A stretch of 64,000 nucleotides of DNA from an uncultured Trueperaceae bacterium (GTDB lineage Bacteria; Deinococcota; Deinococci; Deinococcales; Trueperaceae), in the NCBI GenBank assembly GCA_963799485.1, contig CAWCXJ010000012.1:64001-128000 (forward strand). Direction: 5' to 3'. A program made the translations under genes and the position numbers. Positions 21,338 through 30,339 of the stretch are shown piece by piece (position 1 is the first letter of the stretch; each line of letters starts with the position of its first letter). The notes under the pieces are model-generated. The model did not search any database. It was given only the letters and a program-made list of their open reading frames with translations, and had not been told where the DNA came from.

Positions 21338-21784
21338 TTAGCGGGGGGTATCGGGCCACTCGGCGAGCCGCGCCTGCATGTCCTCTAGAGCCAGCGTCCG
21401 CGTTTGGCCTTTGAGGTCGAACGTTACGCTGCTCTCACCGACCTCTTTTACGCGACCGGTAAAGGTTTCACCGTGCGCGCTGACCTTGGCGAGCAGCCCC
21501 GCAAAGCGCCGAAAGTGCTCGGCGGTCTTTAGGGGGCGTGCCGGGCCCGGCGATTCGACCTCGAGGTTGTACTCGTTCTCGAAAGGGTCTAGCCGGTCGA
21601 GCTCGAGGCTGAACACGCCGGTCGCCGTCTCCACGTCCTGCATCGTCACCACTGCGCCGTCAAGCCGGTCAACCCGTAACAAGACGTTTCTCTTTTTGCC
21701 CTTGCCGCTGACGACCAGCTCCAAGACCTCATAACCGAGCGGCCCCAGCACCTCTTGTGCAGCTTCCGCCAACTCCACACGCAC
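21338..21784 (-). CDS. rimP: Ribosome maturation factor RimP
   Basis: LDRLDP..YNLEVESPGPARPL..HFRRFAG. First gene of the nusA operon. Confidence 0.93.
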   Translation of the reverse strand: MRVELAEAAQEVLGPLGYEVLELVVSGKGKKRNVLLRVDRLDGAVVTMQDVETATGVFSLELDRLDPFENEYNLEVESPGPARPLKTAEHFRRFAGLLAKVSAHGETFTGRVKEVGESSVTFDLKGQTRTLALEDMQARLAEWPDTPR

Positions 21785-22138
21785 CTCCCGACACCACTAC
21801 CTTTGCTGCCGTATCCATAAAACCTGTGCCCGGTTGCCAACAAAAAAGGATGGGCCTCGGCCCACCCTCGAAAAAAGGCAGTCGGGATACTTCTCCAAAC
21901 CCTAGTGTACAGCGCTTCCCTGCCTTTTTACAAGGTAGTACACTACGCACCGCTTATACCGGTCGCTAAAGGCCGTCAAATGGGCGCGACCTCGAGCGTG
22001 GTTTTTTGCATCAACGCCGGCAGGCGTACGCGCGCGCAGTAACAAAGCCGCGAGCTGTGCCGAGCGACTCAGCTTGTCTGTTGTCTGTACCAGGCTGTCT
22101 TTTCCCTCCTTCAGCCATGCGCTACACTGGGCGCTACA

Positions 22139-24553
22139 GTGACGAATACAGAGGTAAATTCTGTGGCAGATTCCGTAAAAACCCGGCATAGACGGTTTCG
22201 GTGGTTTATTCCTTTGGGATTACTCGCCACTTTGCTGCTCGCACTACTCGGCGCCTTTGTCTACCTCCGCACGTCGCTGCCTAAAATCAGCGGCACGCTC
22301 ACGCTGCCCGGCCTCAGCGCCCCGGTAGAGATCGTCCGTGACGAGAACGCCGTACCGCACATCTACGCCAAAAGTTCAGAAGATGCGCTCTTTGCCCTCG
22401 GTTTCGTACACGCCCAAGACCGCCTTTTTCAGATGGATTTTCAGCGGCGCGTCGGTGCGGGCCGTCTCTCCGAGGTTTTGGGCGAAGCGACCTTGGAGAC
22501 CGACAAGTTCTTGCGGACTTTAGGCGTTTACCGCTCAGCCAAGCGGACGCTGCCAAACCTCAGTGCTGAGGCGCAGGGGGCGCTAGCAGCGTACAGCGCC
22601 GGAGTCAACGCGTTTTTAGATGAACGCAAGGGTGCGTTGCCGCCTGAGTTTTTGATTTTGGGCTATACGCCCGAACCTTGGCAGAGCGCCGATTCGCTTG
22701 TCTGGCTCAAGATGATGGCGTGGGATTTGGGCGGCAACTGGGATGACGAGCTTTTGCGTGCGCGACTCCTGAAGGTTTTGCCGCCCGAACGTGTTGCCCA
22801 GCTCTGGCCCCCTTATCCCGGAGACGCGCCGCTTATCTTGCCCGATTTTTCTGCGCTCTACCAAAAATTACCCTTAGACAAACTCTGGGCGCAGTCGCCT
22901 AAACCATTGCCACCCGGAGCCGGGTCGAACAACTGGGTCGTAAGTGGTGAGTACAGTGTGACCGGCGCGCCGCTTTTAGCCAACGACCCGCACCTGGCCC
23001 TGCAAACTCCGGCGCTGTGGTATCTGGCGCAGCTGTCGGCACCGGGGCTCGAGGTTTCGGGCGCGACCTTACCCGGACTACCCCTCGTCGTCCTCGGACG
23101 CACAGACCGCATCGCCTGGGGTTTTACCAACACCGGCCCCGACACCCAAGATTTGTTTATCGAACAGCTCGAGCCTCAATCAAACCGCTACAAAACGCCG
23201 ACGGGCTGGGCCGAGCTCAAGACGCGGCAAGAAACGATTCGGGTCAAAGGGCAAGCCGACGTAACTTTGACGGTACGTGAAACCCGCCACGGGCCGCTCA
23301 TCTCGGATGTAAGTGCGGGCGCGGCTGAGGTCGCCGGTTCAGGTTACGCGCTGGCCTTTGCCTGGACTTCGCTGCGTGACGATGATTTGTCTTTGCAGGC
23401 GGGGCTCGAGCTCAACCGCGCGCAAAACTGGGACGACTTTACCGAAGCGCTGCGTAACTTCCACGCGCCGCAACAAAACATCGTTTACGCCGATACAGAC
23501 GGAAATATCGGGATGTACGCGCCTGCGCGCGTGCCTATCCGCAAAAACGGTGACGGCCTGGTACCCGTTCCGGGTTGGACGGGTGAATACGACTGGACGG
23601 GATTTATCCCCTTTGAAGCGTTGCCGCACGTCTACAACCCACCCTCGGGCCAGATCGTAACGGCAAACAACAAGCTCGTGCCGGACAGCTACCCGTACTT
23701 TTTGACCTCAGACTGGGCCGAACCGTACCGCGCCGAGCGCATCACGGCGCTGTTAGCCGCCCAGAAGAAGCATTCACTCGGTTCGTTTGGTGATATTCAA
23801 GCCGACCAGCTTTCAGGTATGGTGGGCGATTTTTTGCCCTTTTTGCTAAGCGTTCGAGCCGAGGGTGCCGAAGCGCAGACACTGCAAGCGCGACTCGCTG
23901 TGTGGGGCGGGGTGATGGCAGCAGGCGTGCCCGAGCCGCTTATCTTCAGCACTTGGTACCGGGCGTTTACCCGGCTCGTTTTGGAAGATGATTTGGGAAC
24001 GATGTTTGAAGACGCCTGGGGGTTTAGGCCTGTCTTTTTTCGTAACGTCATTCAGAAACAGACGCAGTGGTGCGACAATGTGGAGACGCCCCAAACCGAA
24101 ACCTGTGAACTTCTAGCAGCCACCGCACTTCGGCAGTCTGCCCAGGAACTCTACGAGCTCTACGGCGAAGACCCGGAAAGCTGGCGTTGGGGTAATGTTC
24201 ACTACGCCGACCACGACCACCTCATCTTCGGTGAGACACCACTAGGACGTTTCTTTAACCTGCGTGCCCCCAACGGGGGAGACGCTTTTACGGTCAACGC
24301 GGCGCGTTACGCCATTGACGGTGAGGGTGCAGCGCAGACTTCCGGGCCGGGACTCCGGGCAGTGTACGACCTCTCGGATTTGGAGCGTTCGCGGTTTATG
24401 CAACCGACGGGTCAGTCGGGGAACGTTTTGTCGTCGCACTACCGCGACTTTCTAAACCGCTGGGTGAACGTCGAGTATCTGCCAATCTTTACGGATAGAG
24501 AGCAGGTTGAAGCGAACGCTACGGGAACGCTTACACTAGCTCCGGAACGTTAA
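22139..24553 (+). CDS. Penicillin acylase (Ntn-hydrolase, S45) family protein
   Basis: N-terminal TM anchor, VPHIYA, GFVHAQDRLFQMD, GSNNWVVSG nucleophile, LANDPHL, TGQSGN. Confidence 0.93.
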   Translation: MTNTEVNSVADSVKTRHRRFRWFIPLGLLATLLLALLGAFVYLRTSLPKISGTLTLPGLSAPVEIVRDENAVPHIYAKSSEDALFALGFVHAQDRLFQMDFQRRVGAGRLSEVLGEATLETDKFLRTLGVYRSAKRTLPNLSAEAQGALAAYSAGVNAFLDERKGALPPEFLILGYTPEPWQSADSLVWLKMMAWDLGGNWDDELLRARLLKVLPPERVAQLWPPYPGDAPLILPDFSALYQKLPLDKLWAQSPKPLPPGAGSNNWVVSGEYSVTGAPLLANDPHLALQTPALWYLAQLSAPGLEVSGATLPGLPLVVLGRTDRIAWGFTNTGPDTQDLFIEQLEPQSNRYKTPTGWAELKTRQETIRVKGQADVTLTVRETRHGPLISDVSAGAAEVAGSGYALAFAWTSLRDDDLSLQAGLELNRAQNWDDFTEALRNFHAPQQNIVYADTDGNIGMYAPARVPIRKNGDGLVPVPGWTGEYDWTGFIPFEALPHVYNPPSGQIVTANNKLVPDSYPYFLTSDWAEPYRAERITALLAAQKKHSLGSFGDIQADQLSGMVGDFLPFLLSVRAEGAEAQTLQARLAVWGGVMAAGVPEPLIFSTWYRAFTRLVLEDDLGTMFEDAWGFRPVFFRNVIQKQTQWCDNVETPQTETCELLAATALRQSAQELYELYGEDPESWRWGNVHYADHDHLIFGETPLGRFFNLRAPNGGDAFTVNAARYAIDGEGAAQTSGPGLRAVYDLSDLERSRFMQPTGQSGNVLSSHYRDFLNRWVNVEYLPIFTDREQVEANATGTLTLAPER

Positions 24554-24555
24554 AC

Positions 24556-25119
24556 TCAGGCGTCTGAAGGTGGCAACTGCCAGTCCGTAAAATCCGCCCA
24601 CGCAAACGCTCCCGCCATCAGCACGTCAAATACCGGGTCTTTGATGTCGTAATACGCCTCAGCATCATCCGGAAAATAACGCGCGAGTTGCGCTTTGACT
24701 TCAGCGTAGGCGTCTCTGGCAAGCGGCTGTGACCGTAAAAAGTCGCGGCAGAGGAGCGCGTAACGCTGGTTAAAGCGGCCTACGGCGCGAATGTGGAGAT
24801 GGATGGGCCGTTCTGAGCGCTGGAAATAAAGCTTCTCGAGCTCTCCGGGTGCAAGCGTCATACCGGGCGGCAGATGATCTCTGCGGATATCATCGCGGAA
24901 GGTAAAACCAGCGTTCTCTAAAGGGCGTTTTAACGGAACATCAAGGTCGGCGACCGTCACCTGAATATCGATCACGTCTTTGGCGGCTAGACCCGGCACA
25001 CTCGTCGAACCGATATGGTGAACCGCTAGCGCCGTATTCCCCAGCGCTACGCGCACTTCTGCGCCGATTGCCGTAAATTCGGCGGGCCAAGCGGTTTTAT
25101 ACCGGATGATGCGAATCAT
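24556..25119 (-). CDS. GrpB (UPF0157) family protein
   Basis: HHIGSTSVPGLAAKDVIDI, HLHIR, RDFLR..YAEVK. Confidence 0.9.
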   Translation of the reverse strand: MIRIIRYKTAWPAEFTAIGAEVRVALGNTALAVHHIGSTSVPGLAAKDVIDIQVTVADLDVPLKRPLENAGFTFRDDIRRDHLPPGMTLAPGELEKLYFQRSERPIHLHIRAVGRFNQRYALLCRDFLRSQPLARDAYAEVKAQLARYFPDDAEAYYDIKDPVFDVLMAGAFAWADFTDWQLPPSDA

Positions 25120-25135
25120 CGGCTCGAGCGGCGCG

Positions 25136-25477
25136 TCAACTTACTGTGGCTAGCTTTACAAACGCCTCGACTGCCTCCGTTTGAATCTCCGAGCGGTACA
25201 AGCTCTGAATAACTTCGCCGTTTCGGATAATCAGCAGCTGCGGTGAGGCGTGCTCAGCACCGAAGCGTTCGGCGACGGCAGCTGAAATATCTCTGGCGTA
25301 CTGCACCGTCAGCGCAAAACGGGGAATCCCCTCGATTGCGACAAACTGCTCTTGGGCGCGGGCGCTAAACGGGCAGGTCAGGCTGTGTTTGAACAGCAGC
25401 ACCGGTTCTTTTTGGGACGCTTCGGCAACGGTTTCTAGATCGTCTACGGATTCGAGGATTTCAATTTGGGGTGTCAT
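25136..25477 (-). CDS. YtxJ/BrxC-like thioredoxin-fold protein
   Basis: LFKHSLTCPFS and HASPQ motifs. Confidence 0.85.
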   Translation of the reverse strand: MTPQIEILESVDDLETVAEASQKEPVLLFKHSLTCPFSARAQEQFVAIEGIPRFALTVQYARDISAAVAERFGAEHASPQLLIIRNGEVIQSLYRSEIQTEAVEAFVKLATVS

Positions 25478-25545
25478 ACCCTACGATAGCTTTCAGGCGC
25501 TGCCTGCATTTGGGCGCGGCGCACCCTGCGGGGTATGCTTTGGGC

Positions 25546-26568
25546 GTGCGCTTAAGACTCGATCCCTGGGCGGTTGAATATAACACCGCTTATCACGCAG
25601 AAACCGCCGGTGACGGGCGCGCAGACGTCGATACGAGCGTCGAAGGGCTGTGGCAACGCCGTAAACCTGAACATGCCGAGACCTTTTGGGACGACCTCTA
25701 CTTTTTAGACGGCAGCCGCCGGATTGAAGCAAGGGTGCTTTTGGAGCAAGACGCCGCGCAGGTGGCGTTCGGGGTGCTCGGCACTTACGGCGTCGGGGTC
25801 GTGTCTTGTTGCGCCAAACGGAGCCGCCAGGCGAGCTTTTTACACAGAAACGAACACGGCGAGGAGACGATGCTGATTCGCCGGGTGTGCGCCTTAAGCA
25901 GTGGACACAGCACCCCGGACTTTGTGATGGCGAAAACGCGCTCACGGTTAGGCGCACTTCACTATGAAGTCGTCGGTACGGCGGAGCGCGACCCGGACGC
26001 GGTGGTGCGGCGGCTCCAAACCGAGATGCTGGACGCGGAAAAACGCTTGGCCTCGAGACTCATCGCCCAAAATCCGGAAACGCTTATCATTTGCGACGGC
26101 CCCCGACCCTTTTTGGGCGGCGAGAAAAACGTCATCGGCTACCTCAAAACGATTTACGAACCCAAGATTTCAGAAGCCGAGCTGAACGTGGTGCGGGGAC
26201 TCGAGCAGGGCGAGCGCTCACCGCTCTATTTGGTACGGACCAGGGACGCTGACAACAGCTATTTCGAGTGGTTTCTACGGCTGCGCGACCCGCGCCCGTG
26301 GCTCTACAGCCTCGCGGGGATGGTGCGGCTGCAAGCATATGCCGGGCCGAACTGGCGTGAGAGACTCGAGTGGACAGCCAACCTCGCCGACTGGAGCTGC
26401 CTCAACCTGCCCGAGTTTGCCAGCCGTCAACACCAAGACCCGCGTGCGCCGCAGCAGCTTTTACCGATTCGGGCGCTGGAAGGTGAACTCTCTCGCCGGA
26501 TGGGCAACGCGCAAATTGTGCGCCGCCGGGTGATGCAGCATTTGGCGAGTTTGGAGGACGCGGCTTAA
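25546..26568 (+). CDS. nurA: NurA-family nuclease
   Basis: MRLRLDPW, FLDGSRRIE, IICDGP, GYLKT, DPRAPQQLLPI..LE..L. Stop overlaps the herA start (TAATG). GTG 25546 follows a TATGCT -10. Confidence 0.82.
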   Translation: MRLRLDPWAVEYNTAYHAETAGDGRADVDTSVEGLWQRRKPEHAETFWDDLYFLDGSRRIEARVLLEQDAAQVAFGVLGTYGVGVVSCCAKRSRQASFLHRNEHGEETMLIRRVCALSSGHSTPDFVMAKTRSRLGALHYEVVGTAERDPDAVVRRLQTEMLDAEKRLASRLIAQNPETLIICDGPRPFLGGEKNVIGYLKTIYEPKISEAELNVVRGLEQGERSPLYLVRTRDADNSYFEWFLRLRDPRPWLYSLAGMVRLQAYAGPNWRERLEWTANLADWSCLNLPEFASRQHQDPRAPQQLLPIRALEGELSRRMGNAQIVRRRVMQHLASLEDAA

Positions 26569-28460
26569 TGGCAAACATCATCAAGTTCAGCGACCTGCCT
26601 ATCGGGATGGTCTTGGGCACTGAAGACGCAACGCCCTTGCAGTTCTGGTTCGGTGTGCTGGACGGGTGCAAAGTTCAGCTCGACGACCTGATCGCCGTTG
26701 AGGTTGAAGACCCGAGCGGCAGCGGTGAAAAGGTCAACTTTTACGGCGTGGTGGACGAGGTGCGCCGCCGCTTTGAGGGCGTGCAGTTCGACGGCGATAC
26801 CGAGCTGGTCAGCAGCGGTCTGATGCCCGCCAACATCGCCTACGCCGCACACGTCCTCGTAACCCGCGTTGAACCCGAAGATTACATCCCGCCGACTCCG
26901 GGCGATTCGGTCAGGCTGGCGACGGGGGAGGCGTTGGAAAAAGCCCTCTACCTCGACAGCATGGACGCGCCGCTCCCCGCAGGCGTGCTCCGTAACGGCG
27001 AACCGGGGTTTATCAACTTCGACTTTATCAGCGGGCAAAAGGGTGCCCACGTCAATATCTCGGGGATTTCCGGGATTGCGACCAAGACCTCGTACGCGCT
27101 CTTTTTGCTCTACAGCATCTTTAACGCGCAAAACCGTAAACGCGACACGCCGACGAGCCTGTTAAGCAACGTCAACGCGAGTAAAGCGGTGATTTTTAAC
27201 GTCAAAGGCGAAGACTTACTGTTTTTGGACAAGGCCAACAAGGATTTTGCTGAGCAAGAGGGCAAGTGGCAAGCCAAACGCCGCAGCGACCGCACCCGCT
27301 ACGAGATTTTGGATTTGCCTGCCAAACCGTTTGAAAGCGTCGGGCTGCACGCGCCTGCACTCGAGGGTAGCGGTGTCATGGCTTCCGCACAGGGGCGCGG
27401 CGGCGTGTCGCCATACTTGTGGACACTGCGTGATTTTGCCAGGGAGCGGATGCTGCCTTTTGTCCTAGCCGATAAAGACGCGATGACGAACTTGGGCTTT
27501 CTGGTGTCGCACCTTGAAGAACGCCTTTTTAAGCTCGCTGAAAAACAGCGCGGGCCACACCTCGAGACTGAAGACGGCGACTCGGACTTTGCGCTGGAAC
27601 GCGATATAGACGCACGGGGCCGCGTCAGGATGGCAGCGGACGAGGCGATCTCGGCTGAGCGTTTAGGCAGCGGTTTGGGCGTGCGGCTCACGAAGTTCGA
27701 CGATTTGGTGGAGTACCTCGAGTACAAACTCTTAAAAAAGAATGCGGGTGAAGACGACGGCGCGGGCGGCAGCAACAAAGGCGGCGACTCACGCTGGACG
27801 GCGAATCAAGCCAAAGCAACCCGTGAAGCGCTCATCCGGCGTTTACGGGGCGCGTCCAAACATTTACGGGCACTCGTTCGCGGCGACCTCTCGGCGGGGG
27901 AGGTGAAGAGGTCACGGCTCGAGCTGCTCGACAGTTCCGAACAGGTTCACGTCGTAGACATTCACACCCTCGCACCCCTAGCCCAGATGTTCGTCGTCGG
28001 CGTGCTTTTGCGGGGCGTTTTTGAAGCGCAAGAAGGCCGCAACAGCCGAGGTCAAATCTTCGTCGTTTTAGACGAGCTGAACAAATATGCGCCCGCCGAA
28101 GGGGACGGTCCTATCAAAGATGTGCTCTTGGACATTGCCGAACGTGGGCGGAGTCTGGGTATCATCCTGATTGGGGCGCAGCAGACCGCCAGCGAAGTCG
28201 AGCGCCGCGTGGTGAGTAACGCGGCGGTACGGATTGTCGGGCGCTTGGACGCTGCCGAAAGCGAAAGGGCCGAATACCGGTTTATGCCGCGCAGCTTTTT
28301 GGGCCGCGCCACCATTCTGGCTCCCGGAACGATGATTGTCCATCAGCCCGATGTGCCGCAACCGATGATGCTGAACTTTCCCTTTCCGGCGTGGGCGACG
28401 CGGCGTAAGGAGATGGATGAGACGGTGACGGATGATGAGGCGCTGGATGTGCTGAATTAA
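26568..28460 (+). CDS. herA: HerA-family ATPase/helicase
   Basis: N-terminal HAS-like barrel, Walker A variant GISGIATKTS, FNVKGEDL, Walker B VVLDELNKYAP, ERGRSLG..GAQQ. Confidence 0.87.
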   Translation: MANIIKFSDLPIGMVLGTEDATPLQFWFGVLDGCKVQLDDLIAVEVEDPSGSGEKVNFYGVVDEVRRRFEGVQFDGDTELVSSGLMPANIAYAAHVLVTRVEPEDYIPPTPGDSVRLATGEALEKALYLDSMDAPLPAGVLRNGEPGFINFDFISGQKGAHVNISGISGIATKTSYALFLLYSIFNAQNRKRDTPTSLLSNVNASKAVIFNVKGEDLLFLDKANKDFAEQEGKWQAKRRSDRTRYEILDLPAKPFESVGLHAPALEGSGVMASAQGRGGVSPYLWTLRDFARERMLPFVLADKDAMTNLGFLVSHLEERLFKLAEKQRGPHLETEDGDSDFALERDIDARGRVRMAADEAISAERLGSGLGVRLTKFDDLVEYLEYKLLKKNAGEDDGAGGSNKGGDSRWTANQAKATREALIRRLRGASKHLRALVRGDLSAGEVKRSRLELLDSSEQVHVVDIHTLAPLAQMFVVGVLLRGVFEAQEGRNSRGQIFVVLDELNKYAPAEGDGPIKDVLLDIAERGRSLGIILIGAQQTASEVERRVVSNAAVRIVGRLDAAESERAEYRFMPRSFLGRATILAPGTMIVHQPDVPQPMMLNFPFPAWATRRKEMDETVTDDEALDVLN

Positions 28461-28512
28461 GTTTTGAAGCTGCACACGTACAAGTTCAAACTTTTGAAGG
28501 TAAACTTTTTGT

Positions 28513-29274
28513 GTGTATATCATGTACGTTGACGAGAGCGGTGACATCGGACTTGATAATTCGCCTAGTCGGTTTTTTATCCTTACAGGTCTAGTTGTGC
28601 ATGAATTACGGTGGCAAGCTAATCTTGACCAAATTGTTGGTTTCAGGCGTCGTATGCGAATTGTGTATGGGTTGAAGCTACGTGAGGAATTACATGCTTC
28701 TCACTTCATCAATAAACCGGGTGATTTGAGGCGTATCAAACGTAATGAGCGTTTGGGTATTATCCGAGCATTAGCTACAGAATTGTCAACGATGCAAGAT
28801 ATAAACCTTATAAATGTAGTTGTAGATAAACAAGGAAAGCCACCAGACTTTGATGTGTTTGGCAAGGCTTGGCAAGCGCTTATTCAGCGCTTTGAAAATA
28901 CGATACGAAACGGTAACTTTCCGGGACCCGCAAACCCCGCAGAGAAAGGGTTAATCTTTCCAGACAGGACAGACGACAAAAAGCTTAGACTGCTGTTGAG
29001 AAAAATGCGGCACTATAACCCTATTCCTTCAAAGTTTGGTTATGGTGGTTATCGTCAAATGCCCTTAAGCCATATCGTCGAAGACCCGAACTTCAAGGAT
29101 TCGCGTGACTCCTACTTTATTCAAGCGGTTGACTTGGCTGCCTACCTTCTTCAACAACAACTTGCGCCAAACAGTTATATGAAAAAGGTAGGCGGGCAAA
29201 ACTACTTCTCGCGTCTTGACCCCGTTTTGTGCAAAGTAGCAGGTTCAGCTCCTTACGGTATCGTCCGCATCTGA
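28513..29274 (+). CDS. DUF3800 family protein (RNase H-like acidic motifs), AT-rich
   Basis: YVDESGD at the N-terminus, ELHAS, and IQAVD (QxxD) near the C-terminus, typical of DUF3800. Visibly lower GC than its neighbours. Confidence 0.85.
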   Translation: MYIMYVDESGDIGLDNSPSRFFILTGLVVHELRWQANLDQIVGFRRRMRIVYGLKLREELHASHFINKPGDLRRIKRNERLGIIRALATELSTMQDINLINVVVDKQGKPPDFDVFGKAWQALIQRFENTIRNGNFPGPANPAEKGLIFPDRTDDKKLRLLLRKMRHYNPIPSKFGYGGYRQMPLSHIVEDPNFKDSRDSYFIQAVDLAAYLLQQQLAPNSYMKKVGGQNYFSRLDPVLCKVAGSAPYGIVRI

Positions 29275-29276
29275 CT

Positions 29277-29342
29277 AAAGGGGGGAGCCGTAGCTCCCCG
29301 GGTGGGTCCTAGTCTTGGGTCTAGCCCAGTTTCAGACCCATA
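29277..29342 (-). ncRNA. Candidate small structured RNA convergent with the DUF3800 gene
   Basis: Minus strand: -10 TATAGT (29353-29348), hairpin TGGGTCT/AGACCCA, then GGGGAGC-UACG-GCTCCCC and CCTTT. Confidence 0.55.
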
Positions 29343-29466
29343 CACACACTATACAACTAAAAACAGATACGGCATGTGGTACACTGTAAGCTTTTTTGAA
29401 ATTTCCGGTTTATTGAGCACTGTGCTGTCTAATCCGTAAACCTCGCTGTGCTAGATTTAGTACAGA

Positions 29467-29699
29467 TGAAACGCGAAGAGGTCTACCGCTCTGACCCTGA
29501 AACTTTGGGGGGCACGCCCGTATTTGTGGGTACGCGTGTTCCGGTACAGACGCTGCTCGATTACCTCGCGGGCGGCGATACCTTAGACGAGTTTTTAGAC
29601 GGTTTTCCCGGTGTAAGCTGTGAGCAGGCAGTGGGGTTTCTCGAGCCTGTCTACAAACCGATGTGTCGATGTCAAACCCGGACTTTTCTCGTACTTTAG
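29467..29699 (+). CDS. DUF433 antitoxin-like protein (orphan, C-terminus possibly degenerate)
   Basis: DPETLGGTPVFVGTRVPVQTLLDYLAGGDTLDEFLDGFP is a typical DUF433 sequence. No downstream PIN toxin is visible. Confidence 0.75.
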
Positions 29700-29912
29700 G
29701 TAGTGTTTGCCCAACGTTTGATCTGGCGACGCCCACGGCGGTTCTCGCGCCAAAACGCCAGAAATGCACCCAGAAAAACTGTACCGAGTTGCAAGAAGAG
29801 CTCAAAAACGTTCACCCCTCGACAGCTCGAGTAACCCACCACAAAACCTAGCGCTTTTGATGTGCTATACTACTCGTCCCTCACCGATAAACCGTCGGCC
29901 AGGGGCATGTCT

Positions 29913-30281
29913 GGGGGCGTCCCGGTTTCGACGGGGCTCACCAAGGGCGTGGTTGCGCGTAGAGGACGCCGTTGGCCTCTCTAAAAAACGGCACAGCCAT
30001 TAACTGGCAACAACAATGCTCGTCAGAGCTTTGCACTCGCTGCTTAATTGACAGCGTCCGTTCACTAGAAGCCCCGCCCGTGGCTCGCTAGACCGAACGA
30101 CCTGAAACGGGATAGCCGAAAGCTTTTAGCGCTGGGCTGAGGCGAACCTAAAGGCGCGTAAGCGTAGGGTGTGAGCACGCCGCTCGGCTCGCCCTGCGCC
30201 GACAATCGATGAGCGACTACACGCGTAGAAGCCAGTCTTAGGGGGTTTCGGACGCGGGTTCGATTCCCGCCGCCTCCACCA
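29913..30281 (+). ncRNA. ssrA: tmRNA
   Basis: 5' GGGGGCG..GGTTTCGAC; 3' GACGCGGGTTCGATTCCCGCCGCCTCCACCA. Tag frame 30006-30047 reads GNNNARQSFALAA*. TATACT -10 upstream. Confidence 0.96.
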
Positions 30282-30282
30282 G

Positions 30283-30317
30283 AAAGCCGAAGGTTTAGAG
30301 CCTTCGGCTTGATTTTT
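30283..30317. terminator. Terminator between ssrA and galE
   Basis: AAGCCGAAGG-loop-CCTTCGGCTT followed by GATTTTT. Confidence 0.75.
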
Positions 30318-30339
30318 GTTGAGAATGTTTACGGGTTGT

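Noticed and set aside
25546..28460. nurA-herA as a novel anti-phage system
   Set aside because: Host-like composition and motifs of the known Deinococcus-Thermus DNA-repair pair.
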